IMG/VR virus record: IMGVR_UViG_2713896832_000004
Reading direction: 5' to 3' (one strand)
DNA from: a virus
Taxonomy: Duplodnaviria > Heunggongvirae > Uroviricota > Caudoviricetes
Length of the DNA stretch: 39,834 nucleotides
Shown piece after piece: positions 10,602-23,394 of this stretch. How positions within the stretch are numbered: the first letter of the stretch is position 1; every line of letters starts with the position of its first letter. The notes below the pieces were generated by a model that saw only the letters and a list, made by a program, of their open reading frames with translations, had not been told where the DNA came from and ran no database searches. A program made the translations under genes and the position numbers.

Positions 10602-11468
10602 ATGAAAAAGCGTCGGAAGGAACCGGAAACGCTACGTGAACACTGTCGCCATATTTTTGGTGATGAGCCGCCAGTGCTCTGTGTATGGGAAACGGAATTT
10701 GATTACGCAGATGCCGAACTCAAGGCGCTGGCGGCTAAAGAGTGGCAGCAGATCAGCGAATGGGATTTGAGTGCTTACTATGTACTCAATCTCGTTTATA
10801 ACGAACCGATGCAAATAGAGTTGTTTCGCTATCTGTTTCCGCTCTGCCTGGCGCAATGGCATGAAACCATTTTAGCTGGCGGTTATGGTGATCACTTCGA
10901 AGAATCCTTAATGAAGGCATTGTGTCGGCCCTATCTCTGGCAGGAGATGATGAATGCTTCCCAACGCCAGCAGGTACGGCAATTTTTACTGGACACCGCG
11001 TTGCAGCGTATGGATAACGAGCGTGGTTTCAATAACGTTCTTTGCTGGCTGGCGGTGTTCAATACTCTGGGTGGGGCCGCGCCGTTAATTCGTTCTCTCT
11101 GGTCGCGCTGGTGGGCGCTGGATACGCCAGGAAAAGCGGTGTGTGCTATTCAGTATGCCGCGCATCTAATTTATCCCATAGAAGCCAATCCGTTATGGTC
11201 GCAAGAATGGATAGGCTGGGGGCATCCATTAGGCCATAAAGATGGCTGGTCCTCTGATAATCGCGCTTTTCTTCGCCAAATGTTAACACCTGAAATGATT
11301 GTGGCTGGCGTACAGGCAGCGGCTGAAATTCTGCGTGGTGAACCGGAAGGCGCAATGGCGGCGCGAATTGCACAGGATGCGTATGAGGCAATGGATATCC
11401 TCACTATCCAGATTGAAGATTTACTGCGTGACTTGTCTTGTGATGAGTCTGGTCATGCGTTGGAGTAA
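10602..11468 (+). CDS. Hypothetical protein, 288 aa, Trp-rich, soluble-looking, no recognisable domain
   Basis: ATG 3 nt after the gltS stop, and the stop codon overlaps the recG 3' end by 16 bp. Codon usage looks native (CTG, GCG, CCG, CGT rich). No family recognised by eye. Confidence 0.6.
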   Translation: MKKRRKEPETLREHCRHIFGDEPPVLCVWETEFDYADAELKALAAKEWQQISEWDLSAYYVLNLVYNEPMQIELFRYLFPLCLAQWHETILAGGYGDHFEESLMKALCRPYLWQEMMNASQRQQVRQFLLDTALQRMDNERGFNNVLCWLAVFNTLGGAAPLIRSLWSRWWALDTPGKAVCAIQYAAHLIYPIEANPLWSQEWIGWGHPLGHKDGWSSDNRAFLRQMLTPEMIVAGVQAAAEILRGEPEGAMAARIAQDAYEAMDILTIQIEDLLRDLSCDESGHALE

Positions 11469-13534
11469 CGTTCCGTCTCCGGCATCCAGCGTTCTATCAG
11501 GGCTTTTGCTTGTTGTGGGTAACGTTCGTGAATATGTCGCGCCAGGCGCTGAACTTCCGGGATCATCGCCTGATCGCGCAGTAAATCCGCCACTTTAAAT
11601 TCAGCATTACCCGTCTGACGCGTGCCTAACAATTCGCCAGGGCCGCGAATCTCCAGATCTTTTTGCGCAATCACAAAACCGTCGTTACTGTCGCGCAGCA
11701 CTTGCAGGCGAATTTGCGCCGTTTTGGAGAGCGGCGTTTTGTAGAGCAGCACGCAGTGAGAAGCCACCGCGCCACGACCTACGCGCCCGCGCAGCTGGTG
11801 TAACTGCGCTAGACCCAGACGCTCAGGGTTTTCGATAATCATCAGACTGGCGTTAGGCACATCAACGCCGACTTCAATAACGGTAGTGGCAACCAGCAGT
11901 TGTAGCTCACCTTGTTTAAACGACGCCATCACCGCCTGTTTCTCGGCTGGTTTCATCCGCCCGTGTACCAGGCCAACATTCAATTCTGGTAGCGCCAGTT
12001 TCAACTCTTCCCAGGTAGCTTCCGCCGCCTGCGCTTCCAGTAACTCTGACTCTTCAATCAACGTACAAACCCAGTACGCCTGACGACCTTCAGTCATGCA
12101 GGCGTGGCGCACGCGGTCAATGATGTCGGTACGGCGGGTATCAGGAATAGCGACCGTAGTCACTGGCGTGCGGCCTGGCGGCAGCTCATCTATCACCGAG
12201 GTATCGAGATCGGCATACGCCGTCATTGCCAGCGTGCGGGGGATCGGCGTGGCGGTCATGATCAACTGATGCGGATGGAAGCCCTGCTGCTGGCCTTTCT
12301 CCCACAATGCCAGACGCTGATGCACGCCAAAACGATGCTGTTCGTCGATAATCACCAGCGCCAGACCGTTAAACTGCACCTGTTCCTGGAAGATGGCGTG
12401 TGTACCGACAATCATCTGCACCTGACCGCTGGCGATGGCTTCCTGCTGTGCCAGTCGCGCTTTACCTTTCTGCTTACCGGCGAGCCAGCCCACTTCGATA
12501 CCGAGCGGTGCAAACCAGTTGCGGAAGTTATTGGCGTGCTGCTCGGCGAGTAATTCGGTTGGTGCCATCAGGGCCACCTGTTTGCCGTGGGCAATCGCAC
12601 GCAGCGCGGCGAGGGCGGCGACCAGTGTTTTACCGGAACCTACATCGCCCTGCACCAGGCGCATCATTGGAACATCCAGCGCCATATCATGCTCGATCTC
12701 CGCCACTACGCGTGCCTGTGCGCCCGTTGGCTTGAACGGTAAGGCGGCGAGGAGTTTATTTTTCAGCGCGTCATTGGCGCTCAGCGGCTGGGCATGAAAA
12801 CGCTGTGCTCCGGCACGTAAGGCTAACATGCTGAGGTTGTGCGCCAGCAGTTCTTCCAGAATCAGACGACGTTGCGCCGGATGCTGCCCGGTTTCCAGAT
12901 CGCTAAGCTGTAGCGTCGGCGGCGGGCGGTGCAAAGTGCGCAACGCTTCCGGTAGCGTCATCATTCCTTGTGACAGTTCCGGCGGCAGGAGTTCTTCAAT
13001 GGCGCAGGTGTCGAGCAGATCCAGCGCCTGGTCGGTTAATTTACGCAGCGTGGCCTGCTTTACGCCTTCCGTTGTTGGATAAACCGGCGTGAGCGTTTCC
13101 TGTAATTCTGGCGTGCTGAGATCGCCCTGCACGCGGTATTCCGGGTGGATCATCTCCGCACCATATTTACCGCGCTTTGCTTCGCCATAAGCCAGTACAC
13201 GGCGGCCCGTCGCCAGGCTATTTTTCATTGCCGCGCTGAAATTGAAAAAGCGCATGGTGAGGATGCCGGAACCGTCGCTGATCTGGCAGGTCATCATCCG
13301 CCGACCGCCGAAGGAGATATTGCAGTTCAGCACTTCGCCTTCCACCGTGGCATAAACGCCCGGCAGTAGTTCTCCGATGGGGTAGAGATGGGTGCGATCT
13401 TCGTAGCGCAGGGGAAGGTGTAAGAGTAGATCCTGCACGGTATGCAGGTTGATTTTCGCCAGTTTGTTACTAAGTGCTGCGCCAACGCCCGTTAGGGAAC
13501 TGAGTGGGACAGCATCTAACAGGCGACCTTTCAT
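11453..13534 (-). CDS. recG: ATP-dependent DNA helicase RecG
   Basis: Track ORF 11453..13567. The start MKGRLLDAVPLSSLTGVG… at 13534 gives 693 aa. Walker A (GDVGSGKT) and the DEQH box (IIDEQHRFG) are present. Confidence 0.95.
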   Translation of the reverse strand: MKGRLLDAVPLSSLTGVGAALSNKLAKINLHTVQDLLLHLPLRYEDRTHLYPIGELLPGVYATVEGEVLNCNISFGGRRMMTCQISDGSGILTMRFFNFSAAMKNSLATGRRVLAYGEAKRGKYGAEMIHPEYRVQGDLSTPELQETLTPVYPTTEGVKQATLRKLTDQALDLLDTCAIEELLPPELSQGMMTLPEALRTLHRPPPTLQLSDLETGQHPAQRRLILEELLAHNLSMLALRAGAQRFHAQPLSANDALKNKLLAALPFKPTGAQARVVAEIEHDMALDVPMMRLVQGDVGSGKTLVAALAALRAIAHGKQVALMAPTELLAEQHANNFRNWFAPLGIEVGWLAGKQKGKARLAQQEAIASGQVQMIVGTHAIFQEQVQFNGLALVIIDEQHRFGVHQRLALWEKGQQQGFHPHQLIMTATPIPRTLAMTAYADLDTSVIDELPPGRTPVTTVAIPDTRRTDIIDRVRHACMTEGRQAYWVCTLIEESELLEAQAAEATWEELKLALPELNVGLVHGRMKPAEKQAVMASFKQGELQLLVATTVIEVGVDVPNASLMIIENPERLGLAQLHQLRGRVGRGAVASHCVLLYKTPLSKTAQIRLQVLRDSNDGFVIAQKDLEIRGPGELLGTRQTGNAEFKVADLLRDQAMIPEVQRLARHIHERYPQQAKALIERWMPETERYSNA

Positions 13535-13539
13535 GGCAC

Positions 13540-14229
13540 TTACCCTGCAGCCTGCATAGTAGCCCACCAGTCGGCATCAGCTTCGATCTCGCCTTGCTGA
13601 TTGACGTGGGGATAAGGCAGGCCTTTGCGTTTTGCGACTTTCGCCAGCACCGGATAGCCGCCTTCAAACAACAGGCGTTGTTGCTCTGCTTCCGGCAACA
13701 TGCTGTTTTCACGCAGGTACATGCCTGCATTTTGCCGCTGACGCTGGGCTTCGTAAAGAATGAGGGCTGAGGCAACGGAAACATTCAGCGACTGCACCAT
13801 GCCGATCATCGGAATGATGATGTCCTGATCCGCCAGGGCCAATGCTTCCTGCGTGATGCCCGTTTTCTCCTGTCCCATCAAAATGCAGGTCGGGCGAGTG
13901 TAATCAATTTCGCGGAAATCGACAGCGTTATCAGAAAGATGGGTTGCCAGAATCTGCATGCCCTGGCCTTTGAGATGAGCGACGGCATCGCCAATGGTGC
14001 GGTGTGTTTTCACCTGTACCCAGCTGTTACTACCCGCCGCTGCCGAAGCCATGGTGCGCATGCGGCTACCAGGCCAGACGGCGTGAACTTCATGTACGCC
14101 AACGGCATCTGCGGTACGAATAATCGCAGAAACGTTATGAGGTTTGTGGACCTGCTCCATGCAGACGGTCAGATCAGGCTGCCGCCTGGCGAGCATTTCG
14201 CAGATGCGTGCATAACGTGTTGGGTTCAT
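13540..14229 (-). CDS. trmH: tRNA (guanosine18-2'-O)-methyltransferase
   Basis: 229-aa SpoU-family methyltransferase lying between spoT and recG, as in the spoT operon. Confidence 0.9.
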   Translation of the reverse strand: MNPTRYARICEMLARRQPDLTVCMEQVHKPHNVSAIIRTADAVGVHEVHAVWPGSRMRTMASAAAGSNSWVQVKTHRTIGDAVAHLKGQGMQILATHLSDNAVDFREIDYTRPTCILMGQEKTGITQEALALADQDIIIPMIGMVQSLNVSVASALILYEAQRQRQNAGMYLRENSMLPEAEQQRLLFEGGYPVLAKVAKRKGLPYPHVNQQGEIEADADWWATMQAAG

Positions 14230-14235
14230 AAAACA

Positions 14236-16344
14236 TTAATTTCGGTTTCGGGTGACTTTAATCACGTCTGGCATCACGCGGATTTTGCGCATGATATTCG
14301 CCAGATGCACACGGTCACGGGCGGTCAGACGAATAAAGGCGCTGTAGACGCGACCATCTTTCTCTTCCGTATTCAAACTTTGAATATTCGAAGTCGTGGT
14401 GTTAATTGCCGCCGTCAGGTTTGCCAGCGCGCCCTGATGATTGAACATCTCCACCTTGATTTCGGTGATGAACTCCTGCGCCGTCTCTTTATCCCATTCC
14501 ACAGCCATAAACTTCTCTGGCTCTTTCTGGTAGCCACGGATATTACGGCAGGATTCATGGTGGATCACCAGACCTTTACCGGGGCTGACGTGGGCGATAA
14601 TCGGGTCGCCAGGAATAGGGCGGCAGCATTTCGCAAAGGTGATCAGCACGCCATCGGCACCTTTAATGGGCAGATGTCCGTGGCTTTGGGTTGCCGGTGG
14701 AATGGAGGCGTCCCCATGTTGCAGATTTTTCGCGACCACCACGCTCATTGCGTTACCAAGTCCGATTTCTGCCAGCAGATCGTCAAGCGTTGCCAGCTTC
14801 ATGCGATCCAGCTCGCGCTGAATATTTTCCTGCGGGATTTCATTCAGCTTACGGCTACCACCCAAAGCATGGTTGAGCAGACGACGGCCCAGGCTTACAG
14901 AATCATCACGCTTGAGGTTTTTCAGCAACTGACGAATTTTGGCGCGCGCTTTTGAGCTAACGACAAAGTTCAGCCACGCGGCATTCGGGCGAGCGCCCGG
15001 TGCGGTAATGATTTCAACGGTTTGACCGCTGGTAAGCGGCTGCGACAGCGGGTAAGGCTGGCGGTCAACGCGTGCGCCCACGCAGGCATGACCGATATCG
15101 GTATGCACTGCATAAGCGAAGTCGACGGGCGTTGCACCGGCAGGCAGCTCGACAATTCGCCCTTCCGGTGTGAAAACGTAAATCTCATCCGGGAAGAGAT
15201 CGGATTTAACGCTCTCGATAAATTCAAACGAACTACCGGCGCTCTGTTGCAGCTCCAGCAGGCTTTGCATCCAGCGCTGGGCGCGGATTTGCGCGGTGGT
15301 GCTGGTTTCGCCGTGCTCTTTATAAGCCCAGTGCGCGGCAACACCCATCTCCGCCATCTGATCCATATCTTCGGTACGGATCTGGACCTCAACCGGCACA
15401 CCGTGCGGGCCGATCATCGAGGTGTGCAAAGACTGATAGCCGTTCGCTTTTGGAATGGCGATGTAGTCTTTCACGCGACCCGGACGCGGCTTGTACAGGC
15501 TATGCATTTGCCCGAGCACGCGATAACAGGTGTCAGAATCATTGACGATCACGCGGAAAGCGTAGATGTCCATGATTGAGTGAAAACGCTGCTCTTTGAG
15601 CACCATTTTGCAGTAAATCGAATAAAGATGCTTTTCGCGACCACTGACGCGGCACGGTATTCCCGCTTCCTGCAAACGCCCTTCGATTTCAGAGAGGATT
15701 TTTTGGATCATCTCTTTACGGTTGCCGCGCGCGGCTTTCACCACTTCTTTAATTACGCGGTAACGATTGGGATACAGCGCCTCAAAACCCAGCTCTTCGA
15801 GTTCGGTTTTAATGTGGTGGATACCTAAACGGTGCGCCAGCGGGCTATAAATTTCGAGAGTTTCACGGGCGATGCGGCGACGTTTGTCCGGGCGAAGTGA
15901 GCCCAGCGTGCGCATGTTGTGGGTACGGTCGGCAAGTTTGATGAGGATGACGCGGATATCCTGCACCATCGCCATAATCATCTTGCGAAAGTTTTCGGCC
16001 TGCGCCTCTTTCTTATCGCGGAACTTGAGTTTATCAAGTTTCGACACCCCCTCTACCAGCTCGGCGACGCTTTTACCAAAAAGCTGTTCCATATCCTGGT
16101 AGGTGGCGGGAGTATCTTCAATCACGTCATGCAGCAGCGCCGCCATCAGCGTTTCATAGTCGAGTTTCATCTCGGCCAGAATGCAGGCAACCGCTACCGG
16201 GTGCGTGATATAGGGTTCACCGCTTGAACGTGTTTGCCCCTCGTGAGCATCACGTGCAACGAGATACGCCTGCCGCAGACGCTTGATTTGGTCTTCCGGC
16301 AGGTAGGTTTGAATCAGTTGATTCAGGCTTTCAAACAGATACAA
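14236..16344 (-). CDS. spoT: Bifunctional (p)ppGpp synthetase/hydrolase SpoT
   Basis: 702 aa, begins MYLFESLNQLIQTYLPEDQIKRL… from a TTG start codon at 16344..16342, with HD hydrolase and RelA/SpoT synthetase regions. Confidence 0.95.
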   Translation of the reverse strand: MYLFESLNQLIQTYLPEDQIKRLRQAYLVARDAHEGQTRSSGEPYITHPVAVACILAEMKLDYETLMAALLHDVIEDTPATYQDMEQLFGKSVAELVEGVSKLDKLKFRDKKEAQAENFRKMIMAMVQDIRVILIKLADRTHNMRTLGSLRPDKRRRIARETLEIYSPLAHRLGIHHIKTELEELGFEALYPNRYRVIKEVVKAARGNRKEMIQKILSEIEGRLQEAGIPCRVSGREKHLYSIYCKMVLKEQRFHSIMDIYAFRVIVNDSDTCYRVLGQMHSLYKPRPGRVKDYIAIPKANGYQSLHTSMIGPHGVPVEVQIRTEDMDQMAEMGVAAHWAYKEHGETSTTAQIRAQRWMQSLLELQQSAGSSFEFIESVKSDLFPDEIYVFTPEGRIVELPAGATPVDFAYAVHTDIGHACVGARVDRQPYPLSQPLTSGQTVEIITAPGARPNAAWLNFVVSSKARAKIRQLLKNLKRDDSVSLGRRLLNHALGGSRKLNEIPQENIQRELDRMKLATLDDLLAEIGLGNAMSVVVAKNLQHGDASIPPATQSHGHLPIKGADGVLITFAKCCRPIPGDPIIAHVSPGKGLVIHHESCRNIRGYQKEPEKFMAVEWDKETAQEFITEIKVEMFNHQGALANLTAAINTTTSNIQSLNTEEKDGRVYSAFIRLTARDRVHLANIMRKIRVMPDVIKVTRNRN

Positions 16345-16362
16345 GGGCGACCCGCTTTGTGA

Positions 16363-16638
16363 TTAACGACGACCTTCAGCAATAGCGGTAACGGCTTGTA
16401 ATTCAGCGGCTTCCTGCTCTTGCTGTTCCTGGCGTTCGCGAACGTCGAGGATCTGGTTGTTGATCAGACCTTCTTCGATTTCGCGCAGCGCGATTACAGT
16501 GGTTTTATCGTTTTCTTCCGGTACCAGCGGATCCTTTCCGCCTACCTGCATCTGACGAGCGCGACGCGCGGCGACCAGTACCAGGTCAAAACGGTTACCA
16601 ATTTTCTCTACAGCGTCCTGAACAGTTACGCGTGCCAT
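16363..16638 (-). CDS. rpoZ: RNA polymerase omega subunit
   Basis: 91-aa [34 protein letters not shown]… immediately upstream of spoT. Confidence 0.95.
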
Positions 16639-16692
16639 ACTTAAAAAGCTCCACAGGTGAAGAAATGACTGGGCATGATACTGAAATCAGGT

Positions 16693-17440
<748 letters not shown>

Positions 17441-17459
17441 TTTCCGCATTTGCCTGTGA

Positions 17460-19866
<2,407 letters not shown>

Positions 19867-20156
19867 GGTTCTCTCCCTAAAAATCTGTCTGGCAGGGTAG
19901 CGATTTGTGCGTATTGTCACGATTGAGATTTTTTAAGGTGAGAGGAAATTGATAACTTGTAGTTATGTGAAATCGCTATTTTCTGTAGCGTAGATGCATT
20001 CTTCTGACTTCTTGTCTGAGAAAATGCATAAGAAAAAATAGGTTAAAACTGAGGGGGGAAAAGAAAGGTGCAATGTTTAGCCATTGTGTTCACTGCACCT
20101 GGACCTTGGCTTACGCATCGGGTGTCTCAATCAACAAAAAGAGTTTTTCGTTTCTG

Positions 20157-20759
20157 CTATTTCTTCTCTGTAATTTTTACACTGTTTTCCAACTGCTTGA
20201 TGCTGACCTGCGGGGTCGGCAACTCCTCAGGCATGGTTCCGCCAAGTTCCTGAATGGTTTGCCTCACCTTGCTACCCACGTCAAAGTGTGTGGTATTAGC
20301 TTGCTGTGCTGCCTCAACCAATTGTTTGTTATGTTCTTTCAACTCATTTCTCAGAAACAGACGCTTTTCGTCTTCACGAAGTTGCTTAAATGCTTCATCG
20401 TCAGCAAGCTCCTGCCGTCGGGTCTGGATAGCAAAATAAGTCTGCCCTGCCGCAATGACCGGTTTCGCGGGGTCGCCGTTTTGTACTACCAGGTAACAGG
20501 CATAGCGGGAGAGTACGATGTCTTTTAATGCTCTTTTGGCATTTGAGCCAATTTTGACCATATCGAGGATCTCCTCGAAATGGTCATCAATTGTGTGACC
20601 ACTGTTCTCACAGGCCTCTTTGGCGCGCGTTAATACAGGTATAAAGTGACGATACTCTGAATAACCCAGTAGTTTCCCAAGTTGTCTTGCTGACCATTGT
20701 TCTGCTCCGTTTGCATTAATCAGTTTTATCTCTTCAAAAGGTTGATGATGTTCGTTCAT
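20157..20759 (-). CDS. dinD: DNA-damage-inducible protein DinD-like
   Basis: ORF in the dinD position between yicG and yicC, with a LexA box in its promoter. I prefer the start MNEHHQPFEEIKLI… at 20759 (GGAG 8 nt upstream). At about 200 aa it is shorter than the roughly 274 aa I recall for K-12 DinD, which I cannot verify. Confidence 0.65.
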   Translation of the reverse strand: MNEHHQPFEEIKLINANGAEQWSARQLGKLLGYSEYRHFIPVLTRAKEACENSGHTIDDHFEEILDMVKIGSNAKRALKDIVLSRYACYLVVQNGDPAKPVIAAGQTYFAIQTRRQELADDEAFKQLREDEKRLFLRNELKEHNKQLVEAAQQANTTHFDVGSKVRQTIQELGGTMPEELPTPQVSIKQLENSVKITEKK

Positions 20760-20804
20760 TGCCCACTCCATGTGATATCGATTGCAAAGAAAGTAAATCT
20801 GTAA

Positions 20805-20820
20805 CTGTATTTATATACAG
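20805..20820. promoter_or_regulatory. LexA operator (SOS box) upstream of dinD
   Basis: CTGTATTTATATACAG fits the CTGT-N8-ACAG consensus and lies about 45 bp upstream of the dinD start. Confidence 0.65.
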
Positions 20821-20910
20821 TTGTGAGTATCTCACGTTCTCAGTGTGCTGGGCAAAAAAACATCGCAAAATCTGGAGCAGGCACGCAAAACAGAATTGAA
20901 GTTGCGGGGA

Positions 20911-20945
20911 AGAAAAATGCCGCTCTGTTTGAGTGGGCGGCATTT
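20911..20945 (-). terminator. Rho-independent terminator downstream of yicC
   Basis: Inverted repeat AAATGCCGC…GCGGCATTT, followed on the minus strand by a T-rich run. Confidence 0.45.
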
Positions 20946-20979
20946 GTGAAGGCTGAAAAGTAAGAATTAGTGTTACAAG

Positions 20980-21843
20980 TTACTCAATATTCTGAATCTG
21001 CTCGCGCATCTGCTCAATCAACACTTTCAGCTCGATGGCGGAGTTTGTCACTTCGGCATTGATAGATTTCGACGCAAGAGTGTTCGACTCGCGGTTGAAT
21101 TCCTGCATCATAAAGTCCAGACGACGACCAACGGCTTCTTTTTTCTTCAGAATGTTGTAGGTCTCTTTGACATGCGCTTCCAGGCGGTCCAGTTCTTCGG
21201 CAACGTCAATTCGTTGTGCCAGCAGAACCAACTCCTGCTCCAGACGGTTGTTTTCCAACTGAACCTGAGCATCTTCCAGCTTCGCGACCAGACGCTCACG
21301 CTGCCATTGCAGGATTTCCGGCATATGGGCGCGGACTTTGACCACTTCGGCGGTGACGCCTTCCAGACGCTGCTCGATCAATGCTTTCAGCGCCTGACCT
21401 TCGGTTTCGCGCGCGACGATAAAGTCGTCCAGGGTACCATCCAACGCCGCGAGAATTTCAGCGGCAATCGCGTCGAGATCCTGCTCCTGGGCTGCCATCA
21501 CGCCCGGCCAGCGTAGAATATCAACCGGGTTGATTTCCCCTTCGTCACTCTGCATTTTTACCCAGTTCGCGGCAGTTACCAGCTGTTTAGCCAGTTTTTC
21601 GTTGAGGATCAGCTCACCTTGTGCGCTAACATCTGGCTCATAGCGCAGGGTACATTCCACTTTACCGCGCGTCAGGCGAGAACGAATACGCTCGCGAACG
21701 ACAGGTTCAAGGCTACGGAACTGCTCCGGCAGACGAAAGTAAGTTTCCAGATAACGCTGGTTTACCGAGCGCATTTCCCAGGTTGCGCTCCCCCATTCAC
21801 CCTTGATTTCACGCCGGGCGTAGGCGGTCATACTGCGGATCAT
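20980..21843 (-). CDS. yicC: YicC-family protein (stress-induced, YicC-like endoribonuclease family)
   Basis: 287-aa ORF MIRSMTAYARREIKGEWGSATWEMRSVNQRYLE…, divergent from rph. Confidence 0.9.
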   Translation of the reverse strand: MIRSMTAYARREIKGEWGSATWEMRSVNQRYLETYFRLPEQFRSLEPVVRERIRSRLTRGKVECTLRYEPDVSAQGELILNEKLAKQLVTAANWVKMQSDEGEINPVDILRWPGVMAAQEQDLDAIAAEILAALDGTLDDFIVARETEGQALKALIEQRLEGVTAEVVKVRAHMPEILQWQRERLVAKLEDAQVQLENNRLEQELVLLAQRIDVAEELDRLEAHVKETYNILKKKEAVGRRLDFMMQEFNRESNTLASKSINAEVTNSAIELKVLIEQMREQIQNIE

Positions 21844-21969
21844 AGACGTTCCTGTTTATAAAAGGAGAGGTGGGAGGATTATAGCCATCGATGCCTTGTC
21901 AGGATAGGAATAACCGCCGGAAGTCCGTATAATGCGCAGCCACATTTGTTTCAAGCCGGAGATTTCAAT

Positions 21970-22686
21970 ATGCGTCCAGCAGGCCGTAGCAATAATCAGG
22001 TGCGTCCCGTTACCCTGACTCGTAACTATACAAAACATGCAGAAGGCTCGGTGCTGGTCGAATTTGGCGATACCAAAGTGTTGTGTACCGCCTCTATTGA
22101 AGAAGGCGTGCCGCGCTTCCTGAAAGGTCAGGGCCAGGGCTGGATCACCGCAGAGTACGGTATGCTGCCGCGTTCTACCCACACCCGTAACGCTCGTGAA
22201 GCAGCGAAAGGTAAGCAGGGTGGACGCACAATGGAAATCCAGCGTCTGATCGCCCGTGCACTTCGCGCGGCAGTAGATTTGAAAGCGCTGGGTGAGTTCA
22301 CCATTACGCTGGACTGCGACGTGCTTCAGGCTGATGGTGGCACGCGTACCGCTTCGATTACGGGTGCCTGTGTGGCGCTGGCAGATGCGCTACAGAAGCT
22401 GGTGGAAAACGGCAAGCTGAAAACCAATCCAATGAAAGGGATGGTAGCCGCGGTTTCTGTCGGTATTGTAAACGGTGAAGCAATTTGCGATCTGGAATAC
22501 GTTGAAGACTCAGCCGCAGAGACCGACATGAACGTAGTGATGACCGAAGACGGGCGCATTATTGAAGTGCAGGGGACGGCAGAAGGCGAGCCGTTCACCC
22601 ATGAAGAGTTACTCACCTTGTTGGCGCTGGCCCGAGGGGGAATCGAATCCATTGTAGCGACGCAGAAGGCGGCGCTGGCAAACTGA
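21970..22686 (+). CDS. rph: Ribonuclease PH, full length (no rph-1-type truncation)
   Basis: Track ORF 21946..22686. The start [27 protein letters not shown]… at 21970 gives 238 aa, ending …ATQKAALAN. Confidence 0.9.
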   Translation: MRPAGRSNNQVRPVTLTRNYTKHAEGSVLVEFGDTKVLCTASIEEGVPRFLKGQGQGWITAEYGMLPRSTHTRNAREAAKGKQGGRTMEIQRLIARALRAAVDLKALGEFTITLDCDVLQADGGTRTASITGACVALADALQKLVENGKLKTNPMKGMVAAVSVGIVNGEAICDLEYVEDSAAETDMNVVMTEDGRIIEVQGTAEGEPFTHEELLTLLALARGGIESIVATQKAALAN

Positions 22687-22692
22687 TTTTTA

Positions 22693-22720
22693 AGGCGACT
22701 GATGAGTCGCCTTTTTTTTT
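22693..22720 (+). terminator. pyrE attenuator / rph terminator hairpin
   Basis: AGGCGACTGATGAGTCGCCT hairpin followed by a T9 run, between the rph stop and the pyrE start. Confidence 0.65.
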
Positions 22721-22752
22721 GTCTGTAGAAAAGTAAGATGAGGAGCGAAGGC

Positions 22753-23394
22753 ATGAAACCATATCAGCGCCAGTTTATTGAATTTGCGCTTAGCAAGCAG
22801 GTGTTAAAGTTTGGCGAGTTTACGTTGAAGTCCGGGCGCAAAAGCCCCTATTTCTTCAACGCCGGGCTGTTTAATACCGGGCGCGATCTGGCACTGTTAG
22901 GCCGTTTTTACGCTGAAGCGTTGGTGGATTCCGGCATTGAGTTCGATCTGCTGTTTGGCCCTGCTTACAAAGGGATCCCGATTGCCACCACAACCGCCGT
23001 GGCGCTGGCGGAGCATCATGACCTGGACCTGCCGTACTGCTTTAACCGCAAAGAAGCAAAAGATCACGGTGAAGGCGGCAATCTGGTTGGTAGCGCGTTA
23101 CAAGGACGCGTAATGCTGGTAGATGATGTGATCACCGCCGGAACGGCGATTCGTGAGTCGATGGAAATTATTCAGGCCAATGGCGCGACGCTTGCTGGCG
23201 TGTTGATTTCGCTCGATCGTCAGGAACGGGGGCGCGGCGAGATTTCGGCGATTCAGGAAGTTGAGCGTGATTACAACTGCAAAGTGATCTCTATCATCAC
23301 CCTGAAAGACCTGATTGCTTACCTGGAAGAGAAGCCGGAAATGGCGGAACATCTGGCGGCGGTTAAGGCCTATCGCGAAGAGTTCGGCGTTTAA
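22753..23394 (+). CDS. pyrE: Orotate phosphoribosyltransferase
   Basis: Track ORF 22738..23394. The start [36 protein letters not shown]… at 22753 gives 213 aa, with a GAGG ribosome-binding site. Confidence 0.95.

Noticed and set aside
13939-14955. 338-aa ORF on the plus strand
   Set aside because: Lies entirely antisense to trmH and spoT, which are strongly supported. It is a shadow ORF in GC-rich coding DNA with no ribosome-binding site or recognisable motif.
20073-20528. 151-aa ORF on the plus strand
   Set aside because: Antisense to dinD, with a low-complexity Leu/Phe/Cys-rich translation; shadow ORF.
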